Shown here piece by piece: positions 9,731 to 22,550 of a stretch of DNA of 33,073 bases. A program made the position numbers and the translations under genes. The DNA comes from a virus (lineage: Duplodnaviria; Heunggongvirae; Uroviricota; Caudoviricetes). Position 1 is the stretch's first letter; every line of letters begins with the position of its first letter. Under the pieces are notes generated by a model. The model ran no database searches. It saw only the letters and a list, made by a program, of their open reading frames with translations, and was not told the DNA's origin. The DNA is taken from the IMG/VR virus record IMGVR_UViG_2879765931_000003; one strand, given 5' to 3'.

Positions 9731-10035
9731 TGACCACTTTTACCGACAAAGAACTGATTAAAGAAATTAAAGAGCGTATCAGCAGCCTTGACGTGCGAGA
9801 CGATATTGAGCGCCGTGCTTATGAAATCGCACTCCTATCTCTGGAAGTAGAACCAGATGAACGCGAAGCTTATGAATTATTCATGGAAAAGCGTTTTGGT
9901 GACTTAGTAGATCGTCGGAGAGCAAAAAACGGCGATAACGAATACATGGCATGGGATATGACTCTCGGTTGGATCGTCTGGCAGCAACGAGCTGGTATCC
10001 ATTTCTCAACAATGTCACAGCAAGAGGTGAAATAA
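9730..10035 (+). CDS. Hypothetical phage early (ea-region) protein
   Basis: 101-aa ORF, start overlaps the upstream stop (TAATG), same direction as xis and int. Confidence 0.45.
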   Translation: MTTFTDKELIKEIKERISSLDVRDDIERRAYEIALLSLEVEPDEREAYELFMEKRFGDLVDRRRAKNGDNEYMAWDMTLGWIVWQQRAGIHFSTMSQQEVK

Positions 10036-10092
10036 TGGAGCCATACAGCCTCACACTCGATGAGGCCTGTCATTTTCTCAAGATTGAAGTGG

Positions 10093-11296
<1,204 letters not shown>

Positions 11297-12294
11297 CTCT
11301 GTTCAGGTGGCCAAATTCAGTGTGCCACTTCAGATATCCAGACCGACTGCCATTAACTGGATACGCACAGGGCGTCTTCAGGCAACACGCAAAGATCCCA
11401 CTAAGAATAAATCTCCTTACCTCACAACACGACAAGCCTGCATTGCGGCTCTTCAGTCTCCGCTGCATACTGTCCAGGTGAGCGCGGGTGATGGCATAAC
11501 AGAGGAAAGAAAATGTCACTCTTCCGCAGAGGTGAAATATGGTACGCCAGTTTCACATTGCCGAACGGTAAAAGATTTAAACAGTCTCTTGGAACAAAGG
11601 ACAAAAGGCAGGCGACAGAACTCCATGACAAGCTAAAGGCTGAAGCATGGCGGGTCAGCAAACTTGGTGAAATACCTGATATAACGTTCGAGGAAGCGTG
11701 TGTCAGGTGGCTTGAAGAGAAAGCACATAAAAAATCACTGGACGATGACAAAAGCCGGATCGGATTCTGGCTTCAACATTTCGCAGGAATACAACTAAGA
11801 GACATTACTGAATCAAAAATTTATTCAGCAATGCAGAAAATGACGAACCGGCGTCATGAGGAAAACTGGAAACTCAGGGCAGAATCATGCAGAAAAAAAG
11901 GGAAACCTGTTCCAGAATACACGCCAAAACCAGCGTCCGTTGCAACGAAGGCTACGCATCTTTCATTTATAAAGGCCCTACTAAGAGCCGCAGAGCGTGA
12001 ATGGAAAATGCTGGATAAGGCACCAATTATTAAAGTGCCTCAACCAAAGAATAAACGGATCCGCTGGCTGGAGCCCCATGAAGCACAAAGGCTGATTGAT
12101 GAATGTCCGGAGCCATTAAAGTCTGTTGTTGAATTTGCACTGGCAACAGGCTTAAGACGCTCGAACATCATCAACCTTGAATGGCAACAAATAGATATGC
12201 AGCGCCGGGTGGCATGGATAAACCCGGAAGTGAGGTAGCCTGAGTTTAACGGACACTCCTTCCTGAAATAGAATGGCATCAGAAGGAGCTAATA

Positions 12295-12597
12295 ATGAGC
12301 AGAAAAACCCGACGTTACTCTAAAGAGTTCAAAGCCGAAGCTGTCAGAACGGTTCTTGAAAATCAACTTTCGATCAGTGAAGACGCTTCCCGATTATTCC
12401 TTCCTGAAGGCACTTTAGGACAATGGGTTACCGCCGCCAGAAAAGGGCTCGGTACTCCTGGTTCCCGCACGGTGGCTGAACTGGAATCTGAAATTCTGCA
12501 ACTGCGTAAGGCGTTAAATGAAGCTCGCCTTGAGCGAGATATATTAAAAAAAGCAACAGCGTATTTTGCACAGGAGTCGCTGAAAAATACGCGTTAA
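12295..12597 (+). CDS. IS600 OrfA
   Basis: 100 aa. Confidence 0.88.
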   Translation: MSRKTRRYSKEFKAEAVRTVLENQLSISEDASRLFLPEGTLGQWVTAARKGLGTPGSRTVAELESEILQLRKALNEARLERDILKKATAYFAQESLKNTR

Positions 12598-12632
12598 TCG
12601 AACAATGGCGACAACAATTTCCCATTGAAGCG

Positions 12633-13451
12633 ATGTGTCAGGTATTTGGTGTATCCAGGAGCGGTTATTACAACTGGGTACAGCATGAACCCTCAGACAG
12701 AAAACAAAGTGATGAGCGGCTAACACTGGAGATTAAGGTGGCACATATCCGCACTCGCGAAACATATGGAACCCGGCGGCTCCAGACGGAGCTGGCAGAG
12801 AATGGCATCATCGTTGGTCGTGACCGACTGGCACGTCTTCGTAAGGAGCTAAGGCTACGCTGTAAGCAGAAACGCAAGTTCAGAGCGACTACGAACCCGA
12901 ACCACAATCTGCCAGTTGCGCCAAATCTGCTGAACCAGACGTTCGCTCCTACAGCACCAAATCAGGTCTGGGTGGCGGACCTGACGTATGTTGCCACACA
13001 GGAGGGATGGTTGTACCTCGCTGGCATCAAAGATGTTTATACGTGTGAAATTGTCGGCTACGCCATGGGAGAGCGCATGACAAAAGAGCTGACAGGTAAA
13101 GCCCTGTTTATGGCGCTCAGGAGCCAGCGCCCACCTGCCGGGCTAATCCACCACTCTGATCGAGGTTCACAGTACTGCGCATACGATTACCGGGTCATAC
13201 AGGAGCAGTTTGGTCTGAAAACATCAATGTCGCGTAAAGGTAACTGTTACGACAACGCTCCGATGGAAAGCTTCTGGGGAACGCTGAAAAATGAGAGCCT
13301 GAGCCACTATCGTTTTAATAACCGGGATGAAGCCATCTCAGTAATACGGGAATACATTGAGATTTTCTACAATCGTCAGCGTCGTCACTCTCGTCTGGGG
13401 AATATCTCCCCGGCAGCCTTCAGGGAAAAATATCATCAGATGGCTGCTTAA
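12633..13451 (+). CDS. IS600 OrfB
   Basis: 272 aa. Confidence 0.88.
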   Translation: MCQVFGVSRSGYYNWVQHEPSDRKQSDERLTLEIKVAHIRTRETYGTRRLQTELAENGIIVGRDRLARLRKELRLRCKQKRKFRATTNPNHNLPVAPNLLNQTFAPTAPNQVWVADLTYVATQEGWLYLAGIKDVYTCEIVGYAMGERMTKELTGKALFMALRSQRPPAGLIHHSDRGSQYCAYDYRVIQEQFGLKTSMSRKGNCYDNAPMESFWGTLKNESLSHYRFNNRDEAISVIREYIEIFYNRQRRHSRLGNISPAAFREKYHQMAA

Positions 13452-13956
13452 AAAAGAACAAATGGTAGTGTCCGCTATTGCCAGTACACCTCAAAGAGAG
13501 TAAATCAAACCGCGCAATTGGCGTTGCGCTGAATGATACTGCATGTCGCGTATTGAAAAAACAAATCGGAAATCATCACCGTTGGGTATTTGTGTACAAG
13601 GAAAGCTGTACCAAACCAGACGGAACGAAAGCGCCAACAGTAAGGAAGATGCGGTATGACGCAAACACAGCCTGGAAAGCGGCGCTGAGACGGGCTGGTA
13701 TTGATGATTTCAGATTTCACGACTTGAGACACACCTGGGCAAGTTGGCTGGTTCAAGCCGGAGTCCCGTTATCAGTGTTACAGGAAATGGGAGGCTGGGA
13801 GTCTATCGAAATGGTTCGTCGATATGCTCACCTCGCACCTAATCACCTTACCGAACACGCACGGCAAATAGACTTGATTCTGAACCCATCGGTCCCAAAT
13901 TTGTCCCAGTCAAGAAATAAGGAAGGTACTAATGATGTGTAACTTATTGATTTTAA

Positions 13957-14002
13957 TGGTGCCGATAATAGGAGTCGAACCTACGACCTTCGCATTACGA
14001 AT
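13957..14002 (-). other. Second phage attachment-site core: 46-nt tRNA-Thr 3' end in inverse orientation, not an intact tRNA
   Basis: TGGTGCCGATAATAGGAGTCGAACCTACGACCTTCGCATTACGAAT is the reverse complement of the core at 6397-6442; the 14-nt spacer to the int stop is nearly identical at both sites. Confidence 0.8.
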
Positions 14003-14167
14003 CTGTAGCACCAATCATAACTATCTGTTTTAGCAAGCATTAACCGCATTCACTAAGCTATAGTTGATGACACAAACAGAAAGTTGATGCATGATGTTGC
14101 CATATATATGTCACAAATACGGCACAACGATCTTCAAACATATAGCCACACATTCACAGAAGAGCAC

Positions 14168-14220
14168 AAAGCCTTGCAATCCAGTGCAAAGCTTGGTGTG
14201 TCTCCGTTTTGTTTCATCAG
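14168..14220 (+). promoter_or_regulatory. Conserved upstream block (paralogue of 6268-6320), candidate promoter/leader of the acyltransferase gene
   Basis: AAAGCCTTGCAATCCAGTGCAAAGCTTGGTGTGTCTCCGTTTTGTTTCATCAG, 71-123 nt upstream of the start codon. Confidence 0.45.
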
Positions 14221-14290
14221 TTACACATAACTATATGATCATTAACTAAAAGTCAGTATACTTGGAGAAATTTTAATTGCGTAATAGAGC

Positions 14291-15463
14291 ATGCATATGA
14301 TTGAAATTAACAGTTTATTATTAATAACATCCGTGATATTGATGTCGTTATTAGCTGTGGGGTTATTTGATAAAATTTCCCCAATAAATCTTGTTGAGCA
14401 CGGCAGGAATAATCAAATAGATGGAATGCGGGGGTTCTTAGCAATTTTCGTGCTTATTCATCACGCAGCAATTTGGAATGGATACTTGTCATCTGGAGTA
14501 TGGGAAGCACCTTCATCAAATCTGTTAGCAAATTTAGGCCAAGTTGGTGTGTCATTCTTTTTTATGATTACTGGTTATCTGTTCTTTTCAAAGATTATCT
14601 CTGGAGATCAGGACTGGACAAGGCTTTATGTATCAAGATTACTACGATTAACCCCAATGTTCATAGTTAGCCTATGTCTCATTTTTATCATTGTAGGTTT
14701 TAAGTCTGGATGGAGAATGCAGGTATCCACAGAAGAGCTTTTTGTGTCAATAATGAAGTGGTTGCCATTCACTGCGCTAGGTATGCCGAACATTAATGAC
14801 GTAAAAGATTCATTTACTATCAATGCCGCTGTAACATGGACACTTGTATATGAATGGTTCTTTTATTTTTCTCTTCCGGTAATTTCCGCGCTCATAAAAA
14901 GAAAAGTCAGTATTTACATGGTTATGATTAGCGCAATATCGCTATTTGTTTTCATTTTATTTTTCAGTAAAATACACATAGCATCATTTCTTTTTGGGCT
15001 CCTGGCATTTTTGCTAAATAAATCAAAGATAGTCAATGGAATTGCCAAAGCAAAAGTAACACCAATTATAATAACTGCGATAATGGTTTTTGAAATGACG
15101 TATTTCAAAACAACTTACGCACCGCTACCACTGATTCTTTGTGGAATAACATTTATCATTATCGCATCAGGTTGTGATTTGTATGGAATATTAAGATTAA
15201 ATATAACCAGAAAGCTAGGAGAAACTACCTACAGCGTTTACCTTCTGCATGGGATATTCCTTTATTGCCTAATGACGTGGATTATTCCTAATAATTACAC
15301 TGAAAATACATTTATCATACTGGTAAGCACAACTGCATTTCTTATTACGTTCACATCATGCCTAACTTTTAAATTAATAGAGACGCCATTCATCAAATTA
15401 ACAAAACAAACCACAACTTTAGTAAAAGAATTAATACCCACATTAACAAACAACAATCAATAA
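14291..15463 (+). CDS. Acyltransferase family 3 integral membrane protein; candidate O-antigen O-acetyltransferase (Oac-like) conversion gene
   Basis: 390 aa, multi-TM; N-terminal ...DGMRGFLAIFVLIHH... and ...SFFFMITGYLF... motifs of acyltransferase-3 enzymes; occupies the cargo slot between att/int and the tailspike; AT-rich. The exact start (14291 or 14297) is uncertain. Confidence 0.78.
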   Translation: MHMIEINSLLLITSVILMSLLAVGLFDKISPINLVEHGRNNQIDGMRGFLAIFVLIHHAAIWNGYLSSGVWEAPSSNLLANLGQVGVSFFFMITGYLFFSKIISGDQDWTRLYVSRLLRLTPMFIVSLCLIFIIVGFKSGWRMQVSTEELFVSIMKWLPFTALGMPNINDVKDSFTINAAVTWTLVYEWFFYFSLPVISALIKRKVSIYMVMISAISLFVFILFFSKIHIASFLFGLLAFLLNKSKIVNGIAKAKVTPIIITAIMVFEMTYFKTTYAPLPLILCGITFIIIASGCDLYGILRLNITRKLGETTYSVYLLHGIFLYCLMTWIIPNNYTENTFIILVSTTAFLITFTSCLTFKLIETPFIKLTKQTTTLVKELIPTLTNNNQ

Positions 15464-15476
15464 ACAATAAACATAA

Positions 15477-15508
15477 GCCGCCCTACATATATGTCCAAAT
15501 GGGGCGGC
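15477..15508. terminator. Putative bidirectional hairpin between convergent acyltransferase and tailspike fragment
   Basis: GCCGCCC-(17 nt)-GGGGCGGC followed by an AT-rich stretch. Confidence 0.3.
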
Positions 15509-15516
15509 GAATGTAT

Positions 15517-16224
15517 TTATATTAGTCTGGTAATGCTAAATGCAAACGAACTGGAGATTCCTGCCCCGCTAAGCGTATTGCGCAGGGTCACCCTAAATGT
15601 ATCTACGCCAATATAAGTAACATCACAACTAACTGAATCAGGCGCAGATATAGGTGTTATCTGCACAATATAACCGCTAGCAACTGCTGCGAGCGGATGA
15701 GAAAAGCTAACATCATACACACCTGTAGAAACCACGTTAACCGATGAAACACCAGTAGCAACGTCGATACTACCATTGGCGTTAATTTTTCCCGAGCGTG
15801 TGACTGACAATGCAGAAGCCGATGTTACCTTACTGGTTGTTTCTGTAAAAACACACCCAATGTCAACTACCTCGCAATTAGCTCCTGTTATCCAGTATGG
15901 TCGTTCTGCACTTGGCTGATAATCCCCTGCGCTCTGGAACGTTGTGCCGTTGAGTATGACTGTAACTTTTCCCCCACCTGAGCTTGTTACTTGAATATTC
16001 GTGTGCGTGTATCTTGCACTGCTCACGCGATGAAAATTTCCACCGTTTATAACCACAGTTACAGGGCGCGTCCCAGTATTATCTATAGCAAGGTCTGCCC
16101 CCCCGGCATTAGCCTCAAAGTATGGGTTGTTTAATACCAAAGCGCACGAACCGTTAAGGCCATTTATAGCTAATTGCGCACCACCTGTACTGGAATCCCC
16201 CTGAGTACCATTTCCTTCACAAGT
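15517..16224 (-). pseudogene. Tailspike / tail-fibre receptor-binding protein, C-terminal ~235-aa fragment (N-terminus removed by IS600)
   Basis: Reading frame open from the IS600 boundary to the stop at 15517; Gly/Ser/Thr/Asn-rich beta-strand-like repeats; position downstream of the ejection genes as for P22 gene 9. Confidence 0.5.
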
Positions 16225-16266
16225 TGAGGTGTACTGGCAATAGCGGACACTACCATTTGTTCTTTT

Positions 16267-17085
16267 TTAAGCAGCCATCTGATGATATTTTTCCCTGAAG
16301 GCAGCCGGGGAGATATTCCCCAGACGAGAGTGACGACGCTGACGATTGTAGAAAATCTCAATGTATTCCCGTATTACTGAGATGGCTTCATCCCGGTTAT
16401 TAAAACGATAGTGGCTCAGGCTCTCATTTTTCAGCGTTCCCCAGAAGCTTTCCATCGGAGCGTTGTCGTAACAGTTACCTTTACGCGACATTGATGTTTT
16501 CAGACCAAACTGCTCCTGTATGACCCGGTAATCGTATGCGCAGTACTGTGAACCTCGATCAGAGTGGTGGATTAGCCCGGCAGGTGGGCGCTGGCTCCTG
16601 AGCGCCATAAACAGGGCTTTACCTGTCAGCTCTTTTGTCATGCGCTCTCCCATGGCGTAGCCGACAATTTCGCACGTATAAACATCTTTGATGCCAGCGA
16701 GGTACAACCATCCCTCCTGTGTGGCAACATACGTCAGGTCCGCCACCCAGACCTGATTTGGTGCTGTAGGAGCGAACGTCTGGTTCAGCAGATTTGGCGC
16801 AACTGGCAGATTGTGGTTCGGGTTCGTAGTCGCTCTGAACTTGCGTTTCTGCTTACAGCGTAGCCTCAGCTCCTTACGAAGACGTGCCAGTCGGTCACGA
16901 CCAACGATGATGCCATTCTCTGCCAGCTCCGTCTGGAGCCGCCGGGTTCCATATGTTTCGCGAGTGCGGATATGTGCCACCTTAATCTCCGGTTTTAGCC
17001 GCTCATCACTTTGTTTTCTGTCTGAGGGTTCATGCTGTACCCAGTTGTAATAACCGCTCCTGGATACACCAAATACCTGACACAT
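16267..17085 (-). CDS. IS600 OrfB
   Basis: 272 aa. Confidence 0.88.
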   Translation of the reverse strand: MCQVFGVSRSGYYNWVQHEPSDRKQSDERLKPEIKVAHIRTRETYGTRRLQTELAENGIIVGRDRLARLRKELRLRCKQKRKFRATTNPNHNLPVAPNLLNQTFAPTAPNQVWVADLTYVATQEGWLYLAGIKDVYTCEIVGYAMGERMTKELTGKALFMALRSQRPPAGLIHHSDRGSQYCAYDYRVIQEQFGLKTSMSRKGNCYDNAPMESFWGTLKNESLSHYRFNNRDEAISVIREYIEIFYNRQRRHSRLGNISPAAFREKYHQMAA

Positions 17086-17448
17086 CGCTTCAATGGGAAA
17101 TTGTTGTCGCCATTGTTCGATTAACGCGTATTTTTCAGCGACTCCTGTGCAAAATACGCTGTTGCTTTTTTTAATATATCTCGCTCAAGGCGAGCTTCAT
17201 TTAACGCCTTACGCAGTTGCAGAATTTCAGATTCCAGTTCAGCCAGCGTGCGGGAACCAGGAGTACCGAGCCCTTTTCTGGCGGCGGTAACCCATTGTCC
17301 TAAAGTGCCTTCAGGAAGAGATAATCGGGAAGCGCCTTCACTGATCGAAAGTTGATTTTCAAGAACCGTTCTGACAGCTTCGGCTTTGAACTCTTTAGAG
17401 TAACGTTGAACCGCCCCGGGTTTCCTGGAGAGTGTTTTATCTGTGAAC

Positions 17449-18331
<883 letters not shown>

Positions 18332-18335
<4 letters not shown>

Positions 18336-18658
18336 TTTTTCCAGAGGCGGTCGAACTCCGCCTTCGCAAAATAAGCGGAAGCCTGGCGAAGGATATCGTT
18401 ACTGCGGCGCAGTTCACGATTTTCACGCTCCAGCTCTTTCAGACGCTGACGTTCAGCGGTGGTGAGCCCTCCATCACCGCCCCCGGTATCCCGCTCATGC
18501 TGGCGAACCCAGACACGCAGAGTCTCCGGCGTACAGCCAATCTTTGGGGCAATGGAACAAATTGTCGCCCATTGTGAGTCATATTCGCCCTGACTTTCCA
18601 GAACCATACGGACTGCCCGTTGACGGACTTCGGGGGAAAAACGAGTATTTTTAGTCAT
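18332..18658 (-). CDS. IS629-like OrfA
   Basis: 108 aa, identical to copy 1. Confidence 0.82.
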
Positions 18659-18783
18659 CCTGTTTACCTCTTTCTCAGGAAGTTTAGTCTCCAGGATTCC
18701 CGGGGCGGTTCACGTTGGGTTTTTCTGCTCATTATTAGCTCCTTCTGATGCCATTCTATTTCAGGAAGGAGTGTCCGTTAAAC

Positions 18784-20514
18784 TCAGGCTACCTCAACTC
18801 TCTTTTCAATAGGGTCAAGGTTTTTCATCCCGCCAAGATCTTCTGCCACCTGTTTGAGCATTGACCTTGTTGATGGCGCATCAATTTTTGCACCTGCAGG
18901 CATCGCCTTTTCAACATTGCGATAAAGCTGGTCGCTTCGTTTCATCAGCGCAGACATTCTTCCATTGACCGTATCAATAAACTTGTCGCTCATACCAAGA
19001 GCATCTTTTGCACCGGAAACGCGATCAATTATCTCACCCGCGCCCTGTGCTAGCTGCCTGATTGCTTCATTTTCCTGCACCTGTAGAGCAGAACCCGCAC
19101 GGGACTTGATTGCTTGCTCAACTGCCTTGTATTGCTCGTTCCCGGAAAAGTGTGAAGGGAGTAATGAATCAACATTAAGCCTTTCAGCAGACTCCAGAAC
19201 TTCAGCCTGAGGATTGATATCTAGTTCATCAAGCGATGAAGCGAGATTTGGCCTTTTTTGTGCTGCTACTGTGCGAACGACTTCCTCTGGGTTCTTCGTC
19301 GCAGGCGTCATTGGTACACCTTGTGCTACTCTTGCCTCTGCGGCATGAACCGCAGGATTTGTTGCTGCAGCGGCATCACCGGAGAATGGTGATGTTTCTG
19401 TTGGCGCAGTGGTCGCTCTCTGTGCAGATGTTTTATTGCCACTAATTATATTTGATGCACCACGAACACCACGGGTAACGCCATTTATCAGGCCATGCGT
19501 AGCAATGCTAAGTCCGGCATTAATAGCGGCATTTTCGGCAAAATCACCCCGTTGATTCGCCGCGTCAGCGAGAGAACCAATGACCATGTTTCCAGCTACA
19601 CCTGCTCCAGGAACAAGATAACCGCCTATTGACTCTCCAGCTTGCGCGTAGGGGTCTGTCGGTCTGTCTACTGGACGATAAACATCATCCAATACTTTTG
19701 GCCCCCCAAGCCCCTGACTGATTGCATTAATCAGACTTGCGCCACCCTGCAATACGTCAAATGGTATGTTTACCAGACCACGACCAGCCTGTTCTGCAAT
19801 TTGCCCTGCACTTTGACCACCAGTGAGCCAATCGCCAGCTTGTTGCATCAATGATGGTTCTTCCCGTGTTGGTGCATTATTGGCCTGATTAACTGTTTGT
19901 TGCTGAACAGGTTTCGGTGCGACAGAACTTACGGGTTGAGGTGGCTGCTGACTGGCTGCCTGCTGCTCAATCTGAGCAAATGGATTATTTGGGTCTGACT
20001 GCACACCTGATGCCGATACTTGTTCGGATGACTGTACTTCCAGTTGTGCAAACGGGTTGTTAGGGTCTTGCTGAGGATGTACCTTTGCAGAGGTGGCGCG
20101 CTGTTCGACTGTTGAGTCTGTCACCGGGTCACCAGCCCATTGAGCAAAGCGATCATCAACGTAACCGCGGCCTTCAGGTCCTGGCGTATATTCACCACGC
20201 TTTGCCTTCATAACGTTGCCGGGACCGTCGTGATAAGCCTGAAGAGCGTCACGCCAGTTACCAAACTGCTGGTACATCTTTGCCAGATAGCGCGCGCCAG
20301 CGTCAGCCTGATATTCGGGGTTTTGCATTTGCTCATCGGTATAACCCATATCACGCCATGTCCCAGGCATGACCTGAGTCAATCCTACAGCCCCGGCGGA
20401 GCTTACTGCGGCAGGGTTGTAAGAAGACTCCTTGGCACCCAGTGCAGTCATCAACCCTTCTGGCACACCGTAACGTGCGCCAGCCTGCTCTAACAAATCA
20501 CGGTAATTAGCCAT
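18784..20514 (-). CDS. Ejection (injection) protein at the P22 gp16 position, with an N-terminal lytic-transglycosylase (SLT)-like domain; C-terminus replaced by the IS600 end
   Basis: 576 aa; ...[28 protein letters not shown]...[11 protein letters not shown]... resembles SLT motifs; the last codons and the stop lie within the IS600 terminal repeat. Confidence 0.6.
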   Translation of the reverse strand: MANYRDLLEQAGARYGVPEGLMTALGAKESSYNPAAVSSAGAVGLTQVMPGTWRDMGYTDEQMQNPEYQADAGARYLAKMYQQFGNWRDALQAYHDGPGNVMKAKRGEYTPGPEGRGYVDDRFAQWAGDPVTDSTVEQRATSAKVHPQQDPNNPFAQLEVQSSEQVSASGVQSDPNNPFAQIEQQAASQQPPQPVSSVAPKPVQQQTVNQANNAPTREEPSLMQQAGDWLTGGQSAGQIAEQAGRGLVNIPFDVLQGGASLINAISQGLGGPKVLDDVYRPVDRPTDPYAQAGESIGGYLVPGAGVAGNMVIGSLADAANQRGDFAENAAINAGLSIATHGLINGVTRGVRGASNIISGNKTSAQRATTAPTETSPFSGDAAAATNPAVHAAEARVAQGVPMTPATKNPEEVVRTVAAQKRPNLASSLDELDINPQAEVLESAERLNVDSLLPSHFSGNEQYKAVEQAIKSRAGSALQVQENEAIRQLAQGAGEIIDRVSGAKDALGMSDKFIDTVNGRMSALMKRSDQLYRNVEKAMPAGAKIDAPSTRSMLKQVAEDLGGMKNLDPIEKRVEVA

Positions 20515-21846
20515 TTACTGCCCCAAAGATGGAAGATATCCGTAGCGATTAATGAAGTCGATTGACAGCTCGGGGTGCTGCTTCAGGTAATCTATAGAAG
20601 CCTGAGGCGCTTCCACTCGCTTGATACCGTTTTGCTGAACGTACTTACCAACCGCCTCATTACGCTTCTGGTTGAGCGTGTTCAGGATGACGCCAGCGTT
20701 GCGACGAAAGGACTCCTCGCTCTGCGAGTTCTGCAGCGAACCAACAGCCTGGTCGAGCTTTTTGCCCTCGGCATCAGAAAGTGCGCCCATGCCTCGCATG
20801 GCCTGAACCGCTGTCAGGTATGCTTGTGATTTAAAGGTATCAAGTCGTGCCTGAGTGTCTGCAGCCTGTGAGCCTGGAACGTTGGGGATTACTCCACGTA
20901 AGCCTGTAATGCTCTTAAGTGAAGGAGAACTAACGATATCGTTCAGAGTGAACATGCTGGTTGTGAGGGTGTTGATGCCGTCTTTGTAGCCATCATTTAG
21001 CGCTTGCTGCTTCTGCTGCAACTGCTGGTTGTTGGCTGCTATGCGGCTCTGTATTTCCTGGCGCTTCAGGTCGTTAGTTTCTGCTGATAGCATCCGGTCA
21101 AGGCGCTTATTTTCGTTGTTAATGCGGTTTGTTTCTGCGTCCAGATTAATGCGCTGCTGACCTAAATTCGCCTGGATATCTTGTCCGCGCATTGTGATTG
21201 CCTGATTCCGAGCGGCGGTTTGCGAATCCAGATCCTGACCGCGCATGGTAACCTGGCGACCCTGCATTTTATCCTGTAGGTCAAAGTATTTTTCGGGCCC
21301 GAGACTGTTCATCCCCAGGTGATCGACAAATTCGCCGAACTGCCGCGGGTTCTGTTGGTACATCTGAGCGACGTCATGAGGATTAACGCCAACACGAGCT
21401 AACTCACCGGCGTTGTTTTGCAGCCATGATTGCATTGCTTCTGGAGACGATGACGCAAGGCGTGCGCCAGCCGCTAAGGTGCCGATAGAATTACGCTGCT
21501 CTTCATCAATGAATCCCATGCCTTTACGAACGGATTCAATCTGGTCTGGATATTGAGTAGCCAACTGACGCAAAGCACCGCGATCACCAGACGCATAAGC
21601 ATTAGCGTACGCCTGCTGAAATTCTTTCTGCCGCTGAGCCTGCTTTTCCTGCTGAAAAACACCCGCAATACCTGAAAGACCTTGCAAAGCAGTCAGCCCA
21701 ACATTGTTAGCGCCTGAACGCTCAATATCATTGTTCTGCCTGATAAGCTGAAGCGTATTGCCGATGTCATTTACGCTCGGAGCGTTTGAGTTGACGCCGC
21801 CGATACCAGCCAACAATCCGCCGTTTGTTCCTTGCCAAGTAGCCAT
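20515..21846 (-). CDS. Ejection protein at the P22 gp20 position
   Basis: 443 aa, coiled-coil/Gln-rich, synteny between gp7-like and gp16-like genes. Confidence 0.6.
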   Translation of the reverse strand: MATWQGTNGGLLAGIGGVNSNAPSVNDIGNTLQLIRQNNDIERSGANNVGLTALQGLSGIAGVFQQEKQAQRQKEFQQAYANAYASGDRGALRQLATQYPDQIESVRKGMGFIDEEQRNSIGTLAAGARLASSSPEAMQSWLQNNAGELARVGVNPHDVAQMYQQNPRQFGEFVDHLGMNSLGPEKYFDLQDKMQGRQVTMRGQDLDSQTAARNQAITMRGQDIQANLGQQRINLDAETNRINNENKRLDRMLSAETNDLKRQEIQSRIAANNQQLQQKQQALNDGYKDGINTLTTSMFTLNDIVSSPSLKSITGLRGVIPNVPGSQAADTQARLDTFKSQAYLTAVQAMRGMGALSDAEGKKLDQAVGSLQNSQSEESFRRNAGVILNTLNQKRNEAVGKYVQQNGIKRVEAPQASIDYLKQHPELSIDFINRYGYLPSLGQ

Positions 21847-21855
21847 GATTACCCC

Positions 21856-22548
21856 TTAAAACAACGAGCCAAGCAATCCGATACCAGCACCAATACCAGC
21901 GCCCCAAGGCGTTGATGTTCCCAAAAGGCTGGCAAGACCTGCACCGGCAATCGCACCAGACGTGCCACCGCTAATTGCAGTCTGAAGACTTGATGGTTTA
22001 TTGGCATTAGCAGCGGCAAGAGCTGCGCTTTGCTGTGCAATGCTGCTCATGTTGTTGGCGTACGTCTGCCCGGCGTTTGCCTGACCTTGCAGCGCACCAA
22101 GCCCAACGTTTGCCAGATTGTTGTAATTGCTCATCTGATTTGATAACCAAGACTGACCGAGTGTCGGCGCGATCGTAGCCAGTTGATTGCTTGTGGCTGT
22201 CGAACCAAGTCCACCCGTCGCCTCCGCAGCAGCAAGACTCTGGTAACGCGCCTGCCCTGCAAGGTCTTTATACTGCTTAGAGTTGTAATACTGATTAAGT
22301 GCCTGCCCCTGACCTTCTAAACTGGAAAGGTTCTGAAGCTGGTTAACATACTGCTCCGCAAGAGGCGTGAACGGAGCAAGGTTTTTCATGATCGTCTGCC
22401 ACTGCTGATTTTGCAGGTCTGCAGCATACTTCTGGGCTTCTGCTGCATACTTTGCGCTTTTATCAGAACTGCCACCTTTCCCGCCTTTTTCAGGGCAATA
22501 AGGTTCCTCGCCGCGCAGTTTTCTGCCCAGCTTAAATGCATATAACAT
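21856..22548 (-). CDS. Ejection protein, P22 gp7-like
   Basis: 230 aa, MLYAFKLGRKLRGEEPYCPEKGGKGGS..., Gly/Ala-rich C-terminal hydrophobic tail. Confidence 0.7.
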   Translation of the reverse strand: MLYAFKLGRKLRGEEPYCPEKGGKGGSSDKSAKYAAEAQKYAADLQNQQWQTIMKNLAPFTPLAEQYVNQLQNLSSLEGQGQALNQYYNSKQYKDLAGQARYQSLAAAEATGGLGSTATSNQLATIAPTLGQSWLSNQMSNYNNLANVGLGALQGQANAGQTYANNMSSIAQQSAALAAANANKPSSLQTAISGGTSGAIAGAGLASLLGTSTPWGAGIGAGIGLLGSLF

Positions 22549-22550
22549 GG

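Larger units (their letters stand above)
12231..13493 (+). mobile_element. IS600, copy 3, simple insertion with 3-bp target-site duplication AAG
   Basis: AAG at 12228-12230 and 13494-13496; the flanks rejoin to the uninterrupted int sequence seen in copy A. Confidence 0.9.
11513..13942 (+). pseudogene. int: Phage tyrosine integrase, copy B, interrupted by IS600 after codon ~240
   Basis: N-terminal part [34 protein letters not shown]... (11513-12230) and C-terminal part [10 protein letters not shown]...NKEGTNDV (13494-13942) flank IS600 copy 3. Confidence 0.9.
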
